In this document: piece after piece, positions 1 to 8,468 of the stretch
Layout of the letters: every line of letters starts with the position of its first letter
Position numbering within the stretch: position 1 is the first letter of the stretch
Source of the DNA: Microcystaceae cyanobacterium
Lineage (GTDB): Bacteria > Cyanobacteriota > Cyanobacteriia > Cyanobacteriales > Microcystaceae
Assembly: GCA_041746575.1 (NCBI GenBank)
Contig: JBGTGT010000115.1
Coordinates: 1 to 64,000, forward strand
Reading direction: 5' to 3'
DNA: 64,000 nt
Made by a program: the position numbers and the translations under genes
Notes under the pieces: generated by a model
Seen by the model: the letters and a program-made list of their open reading frames with translations, nothing else
Database searches by the model: none
Told to the model about the DNA's origin: nothing

Positions 1-226
1 TTTCTAGTCCCACTACTTTGGCTATCTCAGGTAAACTCTTTCTTTTTATATCACTTATTAGCCCTACATGAAGATATTTAAAACACTCATAGGCTCTGAC
101 TTCTACAAATAAGTCTTGGTACAATTTACGAAGTCAGAGGAAGCCCTGTCGTTTCACGGCAGGGTCTCTCTGACAGTATGTATCAATGAATTTAACGGTT
201 GGGGCGGGGGGTCTAGGCTTAACCAT
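1..226 (-). pseudogene. IS701-family transposase N-terminus, interrupted by a 45-bp insertion carrying an in-frame stop; runs off the window edge
   Basis: Manual translation from ATG 226: MVKPRPPAPTVKFIDTYC-[insert, TGA at 136-134]-KLYQDLFVEVRAYECFKYLHVGLISDIKRKSLPEIAKVVGLE, which resembles cyanobacterial IS701 transposase N-termini. Confidence 0.85.
128..174. mobile_element. 45-bp palindromic insertion resembling an IS200/IS605 end (PATE-like)
   Basis: Hairpin gtcagag-gaag-ccctgtcgt-ttc-acggcaggg-tct-ctctgac at 133-174; removing 45 bp restores the IS701 frame (YC|KLYQDLF). Confidence 0.65.
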
Positions 227-372
227 TGTCTCTATCTAGGTTTCCATCTCTTTTCTTCATTTTACTCTCCCCAGTCTGATGAAAGAGAGATAAGAGTTGT
301 CCTTAATCAATTAATTTACAGCACTTTGAACTTAGGGATATAATGAAGAATTGATGATTAACGAGTTAAGGA

Positions 373-834
373 ATGACAATGAAAAACGTTAACCTATCTT
401 TTGTCTATAAAGCTTTAAGATTCAGCTTAATCTTAGCTCTCTTTTTAGGGATGCTTTGGGTATTTCCCGTCCAGGCTACAACAGATATGACAACTGTTAA
501 TATAAGTCTAGGCGATCGCACCGGAGAATTAAAATTTGTTCCTGATCATTTAACCTTTAAGGTGGGTCAAAAATACAAATTAGTGTTAGATAATCCCAGC
601 CCCAGTAAACATTATTTTACGGCAAAAGATTTCGCCGATGCCAGTTGGACACAAAAAGTTGAGGCAGGAAAAGTAGAAGTCAAAGGAGCAATTCATGAAT
701 TAGAATTAAAACCAACTGCTACGGCAGAGTGGATTTTAGTTCCGATGAAAGCGGGCAATTATGAGCTATATTGTTCTATCCCCGGCCACGCTGAAGCAGG
801 AATGATCGGAAAAATTTTGGTTGATGATGAATAA
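373..834 (+). CDS. Exported cupredoxin (plastocyanin/azurin/auracyanin-like blue copper protein)
   Basis: Signal peptide ending VQA; type-1 Cu motif C-SIPG-H-AEAG-M plus an upstream His (KHYF). Confidence 0.85.
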   Translation: MTMKNVNLSFVYKALRFSLILALFLGMLWVFPVQATTDMTTVNISLGDRTGELKFVPDHLTFKVGQKYKLVLDNPSPSKHYFTAKDFADASWTQKVEAGKVEVKGAIHELELKPTATAEWILVPMKAGNYELYCSIPGHAEAGMIGKILVDDE

Positions 835-868
835 TTAATACTCAAATTACAATTTGACAAGGTATCTT

Positions 869-3800
869 TTACAAATTGAGTTTGAGTTGAATATACTGGT
901 CTTCATTGTCGTTGTTTTGAGACATTAAATTAAAGTTCTGCCAATATTCCTCTACCCAAAGTTCAGAACTACCGGGGCATTTTTGATCTCGTAAAAACCA
1001 TTGAATAAAGACAGCTTGTCTTTGATCTTCTGGCGGAAGAATTTGATAAATTCTTATTCGCTTTTTCGCTATTTTTTTAGTACCAATACAAGCGATCTTT
1101 AGACCCATTAAGTTCAGAAAACGACGAATAATTGTAATCGGACTACTCTTCAAAGCTAGTCCAATTTTAAGAACGGTTTTAATCTCATGACGATTTTGTA
1201 TTGCAAGGTTTGCCATTGCCTGTAAGTCAGGATCTAAAGGGGATAAAACTCGTTCAGGATAATTTAATAAAACCGAAATGCCCAAGACTTCCATGGTGCC
1301 AATAATAACCCCTAATTGCGATCCGTTAAAGTCAGGAAGGAAGAGACTTCCATGGCCTTGTCGAATCAAATTACGGGCAATAACAGTATCTCTATCTGAT
1401 AGAAAAGATCGTCCCATTGTCAAAAAATAATGTAGCCTTAATTGCTGATACCAACCCTGATCATCTAAAACAACAATTTGAGGAGTAATGGTGATGCCGT
1501 ACCGTTGTTTTAACTCAAACTTTCGGATTGAATGGCGTTGAGATTGGGATTTAATCAGTCGTTTTTTGAGAACTTTAAATTGTTCTTCTGTTAAATCTAG
1601 CGCATAAGCGATCGCCTTACATTCCGCTTGGTAATTCTGTTGTCGAACTTCATTAATTGCATCCGTTAGTTGAGTAATAGAACGACTATTTTGGTCTTCA
1701 CTCTTTGTTTTTTTAGGAGGATGATGTTCAATAATTTCGTGATTTTCTTGTCTTAATAAGCCTAAAATAGTTTCTCGATAATTAATCATTGCCGTATTTA
1801 CCCGAACGGCCATTTTTGCCCAACATAAAAGAGATTCTGCTTGAAAGCCGGTATCCCAATCATCTAAGGTGGTTAAATCCGATTGTTGCAATAGTCGAAT
1901 ATTTAACTGCGTTAAACGATGACCAGAAGTCAACAAATTTGGAATCGAAGTTGAACCATTACCGATAGTATTAAAACCATAATTTGCCACCCAAAGATAG
2001 CGAGGAATATTATCACGAATTCGATGTAAGGCTTGACTGACTGAAGTGGCTGTTTGTACCCCTTGAGCTAATCCCCAAACGGAGGTAAAGTGACACTTAA
2101 GATCAATACTAATACCCGTTTCGATGGCAGGACTCGCTAAGACAATATCATAATTTCTAAGCACTTGATCTAAGTGTTGCATACAATGATAAGCCGGATG
2201 AGCGGGATCACTTAAAGATTCGGAATCAAGACGCAGAATTTTTTGCTGAGGGAATTGTTTGACTAAGTAAGATTCAAGGTTTTGGGTTCCCCATTGACTA
2301 CTTAACTTTTGAGCAGAAAGACAAACAAAGGGTTTTCCCCCATTGCGAATATCTTTTACTAAGTCTTTAATAAATCTTTTCGGGCTATTATCTTGATAGT
2401 GATAAACTGGCCAAGTTTCGTTATGATTCGGTTTCCAGTCATTTTTGATAATAAAAGGAGTCAAGGAAAATCCAGCTAAAGCTATCATATATTCTAGGGA
2501 AATATCGCTCAAATCAGCATCGGCAAGATACACTTTTCCTTTTCCACTTAAAACCGTTTGTAATAACTTTTTAAAAGTTGTTAAAATCGCCACCCGATTT
2601 TTTTTGCAGGTATCTGAGTTTAGCCCATGCCATAAAACTTGTTCAACCTCGTCGATGATAATGATGGCATTGTGCCAATCGGCGACATCAAATTGAACTT
2701 GAGAATGGGGATGAAGAGAATCAATACACAAACCGTAACCGAAACTTGCACCACTATTTTTATCCTTAATTTCGCTGACATAAGGCAGACCAAAGCGTTG
2801 GCATAAAGCTTCAACCAACTTAATTCGATGGCCAATCACTAACACTTTTTTTTGAAGGGCGATCGCTTGTTTAACTAAGGTTGCTAAGTATTCCGTTTTC
2901 CCCGTTCCTTTGGGTGATTTAATCCCCACTAATTTTGCATTTTCAGGCAGATCGACCAGCGGAAGATAGGCAGAATTAACGACCGTTTGAGGAGAAAAAG
3001 TTAATTGATTTAACCCTTGTGCTTTCCACATTTCTAAGGGTAATGCTTGTTGAAAAATGGGGTCAAAAACTGTTGTGCCTTGACTGGCAATAACATCATC
3101 TACCCCCTTCCCCCATTCGGGTGGCCAAGTTATGATATAAATCTGACAACCTGCTTGGGTGAATAAATAACCTAGTTTGCGAATGGCAGTGTTAACCGCC
3201 TTAATGGTATGAGGGCAACTATCTTGATCGAAAATAATGTAGATTTTACGTTGTTTTGTCGCAAATTTTGCCAATTGAGGAATTAAATGAGATTTGCCGG
3301 TACGATTTCCCCACTCATCTTTGGGGGTACGATAACCATTATTGATTCCCGGTAATGCGATCGCTGCATAACCCATCGTCAACAGCGATCCTGCTTTTTT
3401 AGCTCCTTCGGTGATACAGATGGGAATATCGGGATTATTCAGTACCCACTGCCAAAAATCTCCCGATTCTGTATTTGTATTGAGGACGGCATTGGCTTTA
3501 TCATGATTGTGTCGTTGAGCGATTTTTTGCCAAAGTGCCGCAGGGACTTGTAACGCAAAGATACCCGTTGCGGTTTTGGGCGGATGCTCATATTTAATTA
3601 ATTTTTGGCGATCAAAACTTAAACGAGGTTGATTCGGCTTAAAACAGCCCCAGAGATCCTTCTCTCCCGTCATGACGTCAATTCCGGAACACCACCATCC
3701 CCCTGCTTCGGTATGTTCGTAACGCTTTAAAATGTCGTCTCTCACGCGGCCATCATTGCGTCGAGGCAGATGATCAGAATAAAATAGATATTCTGAGGGG

Positions 3801-3883
3801 GCAACCCCCTCTAAAGCAGTCACGTTGAGTTCAATCAGTTGTTGATCGACACAACTCTGTTGCCATTCCTGTAAGTAGTTCAT
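869..3883 (-). CDS. CyRepA1-family replication protein (DUF3854/TOPRIM primase-like domain plus helicase domain)
   Basis: KYEHPPK, ITEGAKKAG, FDQD and KGVDD primase-like motifs; Walker A SPKGTGKT; Walker B IIIDEVEQ; 1004 aa. Confidence 0.85.
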   Translation of the reverse strand: MNYLQEWQQSCVDQQLIELNVTALEGVAPSEYLFYSDHLPRRNDGRVRDDILKRYEHTEAGGWWCSGIDVMTGEKDLWGCFKPNQPRLSFDRQKLIKYEHPPKTATGIFALQVPAALWQKIAQRHNHDKANAVLNTNTESGDFWQWVLNNPDIPICITEGAKKAGSLLTMGYAAIALPGINNGYRTPKDEWGNRTGKSHLIPQLAKFATKQRKIYIIFDQDSCPHTIKAVNTAIRKLGYLFTQAGCQIYIITWPPEWGKGVDDVIASQGTTVFDPIFQQALPLEMWKAQGLNQLTFSPQTVVNSAYLPLVDLPENAKLVGIKSPKGTGKTEYLATLVKQAIALQKKVLVIGHRIKLVEALCQRFGLPYVSEIKDKNSGASFGYGLCIDSLHPHSQVQFDVADWHNAIIIIDEVEQVLWHGLNSDTCKKNRVAILTTFKKLLQTVLSGKGKVYLADADLSDISLEYMIALAGFSLTPFIIKNDWKPNHNETWPVYHYQDNSPKRFIKDLVKDIRNGGKPFVCLSAQKLSSQWGTQNLESYLVKQFPQQKILRLDSESLSDPAHPAYHCMQHLDQVLRNYDIVLASPAIETGISIDLKCHFTSVWGLAQGVQTATSVSQALHRIRDNIPRYLWVANYGFNTIGNGSTSIPNLLTSGHRLTQLNIRLLQQSDLTTLDDWDTGFQAESLLCWAKMAVRVNTAMINYRETILGLLRQENHEIIEHHPPKKTKSEDQNSRSITQLTDAINEVRQQNYQAECKAIAYALDLTEEQFKVLKKRLIKSQSQRHSIRKFELKQRYGITITPQIVVLDDQGWYQQLRLHYFLTMGRSFLSDRDTVIARNLIRQGHGSLFLPDFNGSQLGVIIGTMEVLGISVLLNYPERVLSPLDPDLQAMANLAIQNRHEIKTVLKIGLALKSSPITIIRRFLNLMGLKIACIGTKKIAKKRIRIYQILPPEDQRQAVFIQWFLRDQKCPGSSELWVEEYWQNFNLMSQNNDNEDQYIQLKLNL

Positions 3884-3900
3884 CTATCTTTTCCTTGATC

Positions 3901-3957
3901 ACACTATATGTAGTGTATTGCTATTTAAGTTTAGGTTAAAAACGCCAAATATAGCAA
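3901..3957. promoter_or_regulatory. Pair of NrdR-box-like sites upstream of the CyRepA1 gene
   Basis: ACACTATATGTAGTGT at 3901-3916 is a near-perfect match to acaCwAtATaTwGtgt; a degenerate copy ACGCCAAATATAGCAA lies at 3942-3957, offset 41 bp. Confidence 0.7.
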
Positions 3958-4227
3958 TATTTTCAAGGGCAGGGAGCAGACGATTATGATAGATGAGTCC
4001 ATTATTTCACCCGAGAAAGACCGATTACTGCTAATTGCCAGTCATGGCAGGACAAAAAACAGATGCAAACAGGTGTGTACGTGACTTTTCCTTGATCAAG
4101 AATATATGAGCTAAAAATATTTGCAAAACCCAAAGGACAAAAAGAAGATTACCATCGTGTTATAAGCTATCGTTTAATTGCGAGTCAAAAAGGTCAACCT
4201 TTGCCAGTAACCTGCAAATAAATGAAA

Positions 4228-4258
4228 TTAAAGAAAGGCTACTATAATAGTAACCTTT
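4228..4258 (-). terminator. Intrinsic terminator of the phycobiliprotein-like pair
   Basis: 11-bp stem 4234-4244/4248-4258 (one G-U pair on the minus strand) followed by a T-rich tract, about 50 nt after the alpha-like stop. Confidence 0.65.
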
Positions 4259-4307
4259 TAACGATAGCCATGTTGTCAACTTTGTCAACGAGAGGTCGAC
4301 CCAATTA

Positions 4308-4802
4308 TTACGCAAAGGTCGCAACCAATTGAGCAAAATAACCGTTTAATTCATCCTTCATTTCTTCGGGAACTTCTCCTGATGCTAGTAATAAATCCCT
4401 TGCTTGCGTTACCCCTTCAATACAAGAAGAAAGCGGAACATTAAGTGCTCGGAAAAACTCACCGACACTGCGGCCATTCCAGCGATAAATGGGGTCAGGA
4501 CTTCGGACAATTATACAATAAGAAATAATGCGCAAATAATCCCCAATATCTTGATACCAATGCTGAACTTTTTTGGGGGTATCTCCACAATAGCCAGGTT
4601 GTTTAAATTCGGGATGTCTTTTAACAAGCATATCTCCGGATTGTTGTACGAGAGAATCAATCATCTCCCCTAATTTTGCCACAAATTCAAGACGTTTTGC
4701 TTCTTGAGCAAGGCGTTCACCGATTTCTTGGCAATCGTAGTCGTTTAAAAAACGACCGGTTGTATCCGCATTCATCAACACACTGGTAATGATAGATTTC
4801 AT
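4308..4802 (-). CDS. Divergent phycoerythrin alpha-like phycobiliprotein lacking chromophore cysteines
   Basis: From ATG 4802 (MKSIITSV) it is 164 aa and colinear with CpeA (ADxxGRF, RLE, DIxxYLR, PxxxW, RALxxP); W at position 82 and L at 139, where CpeA has Cys. Confidence 0.85.
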   Translation of the reverse strand: MKSIITSVLMNADTTGRFLNDYDCQEIGERLAQEAKRLEFVAKLGEMIDSLVQQSGDMLVKRHPEFKQPGYCGDTPKKVQHWYQDIGDYLRIISYCIIVRSPDPIYRWNGRSVGEFFRALNVPLSSCIEGVTQARDLLLASGEVPEEMKDELNGYFAQLVATFA

Positions 4803-4844
4803 AGCACTCAACTCGTTTAATAATGAACAACAAAAAGGTTAGAT

Positions 4845-5351
4845 TTAATGGATAGAAGCTACCACAAAATCAAAAGCATCCGAGACTTCTTTAATTAAAT
4901 CAACGTCGTCGGTTATCGCTTCTGTGCGGAGTAATTCTACTGTTTTTCCTTTAACAATAGCTAAAGCAGATAGGGTTGAATCGAGAGAAACACCTAATAC
5001 TTGAAAGGTGTCTTTTAAGCCGAAACATTTATCTTCTAAGATGGAAATATCCCCTGCCGCAATAGCATAGGTGACATAGCGAAGCAAAATTTCCACATCA
5101 CTTGTAGCGTTTCCCATGCGACGATTAGGATAACAATTACCGCCGGGTTCAACTAAACTGGGATATTGGTTAATCATCCCTGAAATGGCTTCGGAGACAA
5201 TACTATTTTTATGGTCGTTGATTAATTTGACCGCATTCAGACGTTTGTGACTTTGATCGATGAATTTTTGCAGATTCGCCATGTCCTGTTTGGTTAAACA
5301 AGCCATACTTTGATTAGCTGTGGCGATCGCTCTTGAAAAAATATCTTCCAT
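4845..5351 (-). CDS. Divergent phycoerythrin beta-like phycobiliprotein lacking chromophore cysteines
   Basis: MxDxFSRA start, CpeB-type GGNCYPNRRM, LRYVTYA..AGD.S.L.D.C; S50, N61 and A82 in place of Cys; no C-terminal Cys. Confidence 0.88.
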   Translation of the reverse strand: MEDIFSRAIATANQSMACLTKQDMANLQKFIDQSHKRLNAVKLINDHKNSIVSEAISGMINQYPSLVEPGGNCYPNRRMGNATSDVEILLRYVTYAIAAGDISILEDKCFGLKDTFQVLGVSLDSTLSALAIVKGKTVELLRTEAITDDVDLIKEVSDAFDFVVASIH

Positions 5352-5708
5352 AGGACTGATCTCTTACCGTTTATTTTCCTACGATAAAAGATTCCTAAGA
5401 CTTTGAGCGCAAATATTGGCATTAATTAACGAAACAACGATCTATTGCCATAAATTCTAAAAAATCATCCGTAAGGCTACTGAAATTTCGGCTAATCTTA
5501 ATCTGAAATTATCCCTGATTTTGCGGAATACCCTTAGTATTTTTGCTTAAATTAGAACCATTGCAACATTTGATGTTTTTTTCTTGATATTACTGCCGTA
5601 AGCACATTTGGAGGAATTAGCCATTCTGTTTCTGTTCCTAATTCCCCTCTCTACTTTTGTTAATACACCGTTACTTAACGCTATTTTTCCTTTATTCTCT
5701 CAATTTTT

Positions 5709-6362
5709 TTACAATAAGCCTTCGAGGACAGCTCCTACAACTCGATGATCTTGATCTTGTTTTAACTGATTCAAGGCCGTTTGAGCAAGGGGATGTTTAA
5801 AGTAGTGTAAGCTGTAGGCAACTTGTACGCGAATTCGATGTGATTCCACAGTAATAAGAGAGAGTAATTGATTTAACGCTTTTTCCTCAGTATTTGTTCC
5901 TATTAACAATACAAGGCTTTCAATAGATACCTCTTGCACACTGGGATCTGGATCATTAATTCCCCATTGACACAATTGCCATAGTTCTAAGGGACAATTT
6001 AACGTTCCCATCGCCGCAAGTATGCTCTGACGAACTAACCAGTGATCATCCCGTTGAAACATTTCCATCAACTGTGGAACAGACGCTTTTCCGTAAGAAG
6101 CAAGAGAATTTGCCGCTTCTGCTCGCACGTTTGCATCCGGATCTTTTAATAATTGTAACAATCCTTCATAGGATTCTGGCGATCGCTTATAGCCTAGTCC
6201 CATAGCGACGAAGGAACGGATAATAAATTCTTGGTCGTTTAAGCAGTTTAGTAGCAAAGGAACAGCATTTTCAGGGGGATATTCCCGCAAAGAGGCGATT
6301 GCTTTTAATCTTTCTTGGGATTGAGGGCTTTGTAAAGCAGTCTTAATTTGTTGAAGTTCCAT
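5709..6362 (-). CDS. HEAT-repeat protein, NblB/CpcE-F (PBS lyase HEAT) family
   Basis: Repeated HEAT_PBS units (DPDANVRAEAANSL, DDHWLVRQSILAAM); 217 aa, the size typical of NblB-like proteins. Confidence 0.8.
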   Translation of the reverse strand: MELQQIKTALQSPQSQERLKAIASLREYPPENAVPLLLNCLNDQEFIIRSFVAMGLGYKRSPESYEGLLQLLKDPDANVRAEAANSLASYGKASVPQLMEMFQRDDHWLVRQSILAAMGTLNCPLELWQLCQWGINDPDPSVQEVSIESLVLLIGTNTEEKALNQLLSLITVESHRIRVQVAYSLHYFKHPLAQTALNQLKQDQDHRVVGAVLEGLL

Positions 6363-6399
6363 TTTTTGAGCAAAGAATATGACTTATTATTCATTTTAG

Positions 6400-6417
6400 T
6401 TTACATAAATTTACAAA
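6400..6417. promoter_or_regulatory. HLR1 (RpaB-binding) direct repeat
   Basis: TTTACATA-aa-TTTACAAA fits (G/T)TTACA(T/A)(T/A)-N2-(G/T)TTACA(T/A)(T/A) exactly, about 38 bp upstream of the HEAT gene start. Confidence 0.7.
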
Positions 6418-6516
6418 AAAAGGAATCCATCTTAATGCTTGTGTTTGGCTTAAAAAGACGTTGTATCTTAATCTATAAGAGAACTGCTTGCTAGATCGAT
6501 TACAGATTACTGGTGG

Positions 6517-7737
6517 TCATATACTGCGTAAAGCGACGATGGGATCAAGTTGAGCAGCACGTTTGGCCGGAAACACACCAAAAAATAAGCCGATTCCTCC
6601 AGAAACGGCTAAAGCTGAACTAATAGCGAGGAGCGAAATACTCGGATTGAGGGGTGAAATCCATCCGACTAAGAGAATACTACCGACGCCGATAATAATT
6701 CCTAAAATCCCCCCTGTAGCGGAAACCATAATCGCTTCAATGAGAAATTGAGTCAGAATATCCCCTTCTTTTGCGCCGACGGCTTTACGCAGTCCGATTT
6801 CTTGCGTTCTCTCCGTCACAGAAACCAGCATAATATTCATCACCCCAATTCCGCCAACAAAGAGAGAAATTCCGGCAGTGGCCGCTAAAAGAACGGTTAA
6901 TCCTTGACTGACAGTGCCAATAATATCTAGCATTTGCTTAGCAGATTCTACGCCAAAATCATCCTCATCGTTGGTAATATTGTGTCTTAATCGCATAATA
7001 TTTTCAATTTGAAAGATAGCCGCCCTGATATTCTCTCTATTGTCAACTTCCACATTAATCCAGCTTAATTCCAGTCCATAGGGGGAGGTTCTGCCGACCA
7101 ATTGATTGGCCATGGTGGTTAAGGGGATAAAAACAAATTCGTCTTGATTTGTGCCTAAAAATGAGCCTTTTCGCTCCATAACTCCAATAATTTCAAAATT
7201 TGCCCCTTTAATGCGGAGAGATTGACCAATAGGGGATTGATTGGGGAACAAACGATCTACAATTTCTTGACCCACGACTGCGACTCGTTTATTGCGTTGT
7301 TGGTCAACTTCATTCAAAAAGCGGCCAGTTTCGGCATAAAAGCTTCTGACGAATTGATAATTGGCACTGGTTCCTACAACCATCCCCATCGTATTCTGAT
7401 TGCGGTAGGACAGAAGCAGGCGACGATTAATTTCAGGGGCAACTGCCTTTACCGTGGGAACTTGGGAAGCGATCGCCTTGGCATCTGCCAGAACAAGCGT
7501 TCTAGGAAGATCAAAGGTGGCATTACGCGCCTTACGTGAACCCGGCACCACGAAGAGTACATTTGGTCCAAGGGATTGAAATTGTTCTTCGGCCATCTTT
7601 TGTGCGCCTTGGCCGAGTCCAATAAGAGTAATCACGGAGGCATTACCGATAATAATTCCTAGCATCGTCAAGGTACTGCGCAGTTTATTAGCTGCCAGCA
7701 TAGAATAAGACATTTTTAGGGTTTCTAAGAAGTTCAT
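6517..7737 (-). CDS. MacB/FtsX-family ABC transporter permease
   Basis: RSTLTMLGIIIG, GGIGVMNIMLVSVTERTQEIGLRKAVGA and PAKRAAQLDPIVALR signature motifs. Confidence 0.92.
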   Translation of the reverse strand: MNFLETLKMSYSMLAANKLRSTLTMLGIIIGNASVITLIGLGQGAQKMAEEQFQSLGPNVLFVVPGSRKARNATFDLPRTLVLADAKAIASQVPTVKAVAPEINRRLLLSYRNQNTMGMVVGTSANYQFVRSFYAETGRFLNEVDQQRNKRVAVVGQEIVDRLFPNQSPIGQSLRIKGANFEIIGVMERKGSFLGTNQDEFVFIPLTTMANQLVGRTSPYGLELSWINVEVDNRENIRAAIFQIENIMRLRHNITNDEDDFGVESAKQMLDIIGTVSQGLTVLLAATAGISLFVGGIGVMNIMLVSVTERTQEIGLRKAVGAKEGDILTQFLIEAIMVSATGGILGIIIGVGSILLVGWISPLNPSISLLAISSALAVSGGIGLFFGVFPAKRAAQLDPIVALRSI

Positions 7738-7745
7738 CGTTCAAG

Positions 7746-7773
7746 AGTAAGCAGTAATCAGCAAGCAGTGACC
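7746..7773. repeat. STRR-like heptamer tandem repeat
   Basis: agtaagc-agtaatc-agcaagc-agtgacc (4 degenerate units). Confidence 0.5.
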
Positions 7774-8076
7774 CATCGTTAGTCATTTATTCATACCTAT
7801 CTTTTAGTCTAATCGTTATTTCCTCGGCCATGTAGCGAATCTGTGAAAATCGCCTAAATCTCTAAGACTTTATGCTGAATTTTTCTTTTGTAACCCTTGC
7901 TCAATCCCGTTTTAGTAAAACAATTGTTGATGGATAATAATGTTGGTAAATTTTAAGCCCTAGAAACCTTATTCCGTCCTTAAAGAAAACGACAAAATTA
8001 AAATGGGAAAGTTTGAAACGTCTCTAAAGAGCGATCGTAAAAAAGTTGGAAAGTTGTTCCCTCTATTTGACAAGCT

Positions 8077-8188
8077 ACTAATCGTCACCGAAAATTAGGG
8101 CTTCGCTTTCATCTTATTGCTGGTTTTCATAATTATGAATTAACGCTCTCCGAATTTAAGTCCAACTGATTTAGGGAAGAGGTCTAAT
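8077..8188 (+). pseudogene. C-terminal remnant and probable right end of an IS5-family (IS702/ISL2-group-like) element
   Basis: Frame 8077-8169 reads TNRHRKLGLRFHLIAGFHNYELTLSEFKSN*, resembling the RNRRRRFGLRFNLIAGIYNYEL terminus of these transposases; followed by the end-like sequence aagaggtctaat. Confidence 0.7.
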
Positions 8189-8468
8189 GATCGTCAGTCA
8201 TTACAACGGTTTGATAGACAAGGAGACTCTATCTTAAAACAGGGCAACTTTGTCAGGAATTTCCCTTTTTCTCAAGATGATTTAGCACAAATTTAACCCA
8301 AAAATTCCGACAGTTAAGGTGTGATTTTGGTCAATTAATAGGTTGTGTTAGAATTAGTCAATCTCTGTAAAAATGAAATGAAAAGAAACGTGAAAAAAAT
8401 TAGATTGAGAATTAGAAATTAGTATTATTGCTTCTTTGAATATTAGTGAAAGAGGAGGTTTTCAATGC

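Noticed and set aside
116..343. 75-aa plus-strand ORF
   Set aside because: It is antisense to the IS701 transposase start and spans the hairpin insertion; no protein-like features.
4308..5351. Calling the pair canonical cpeBA/cpcBA, a sulfur-sparing phycocyanin, or pseudogenes
   Set aside because: The chromophore cysteines are absent, non-chromophore Cys/Met are retained, and both frames are intact and full length.
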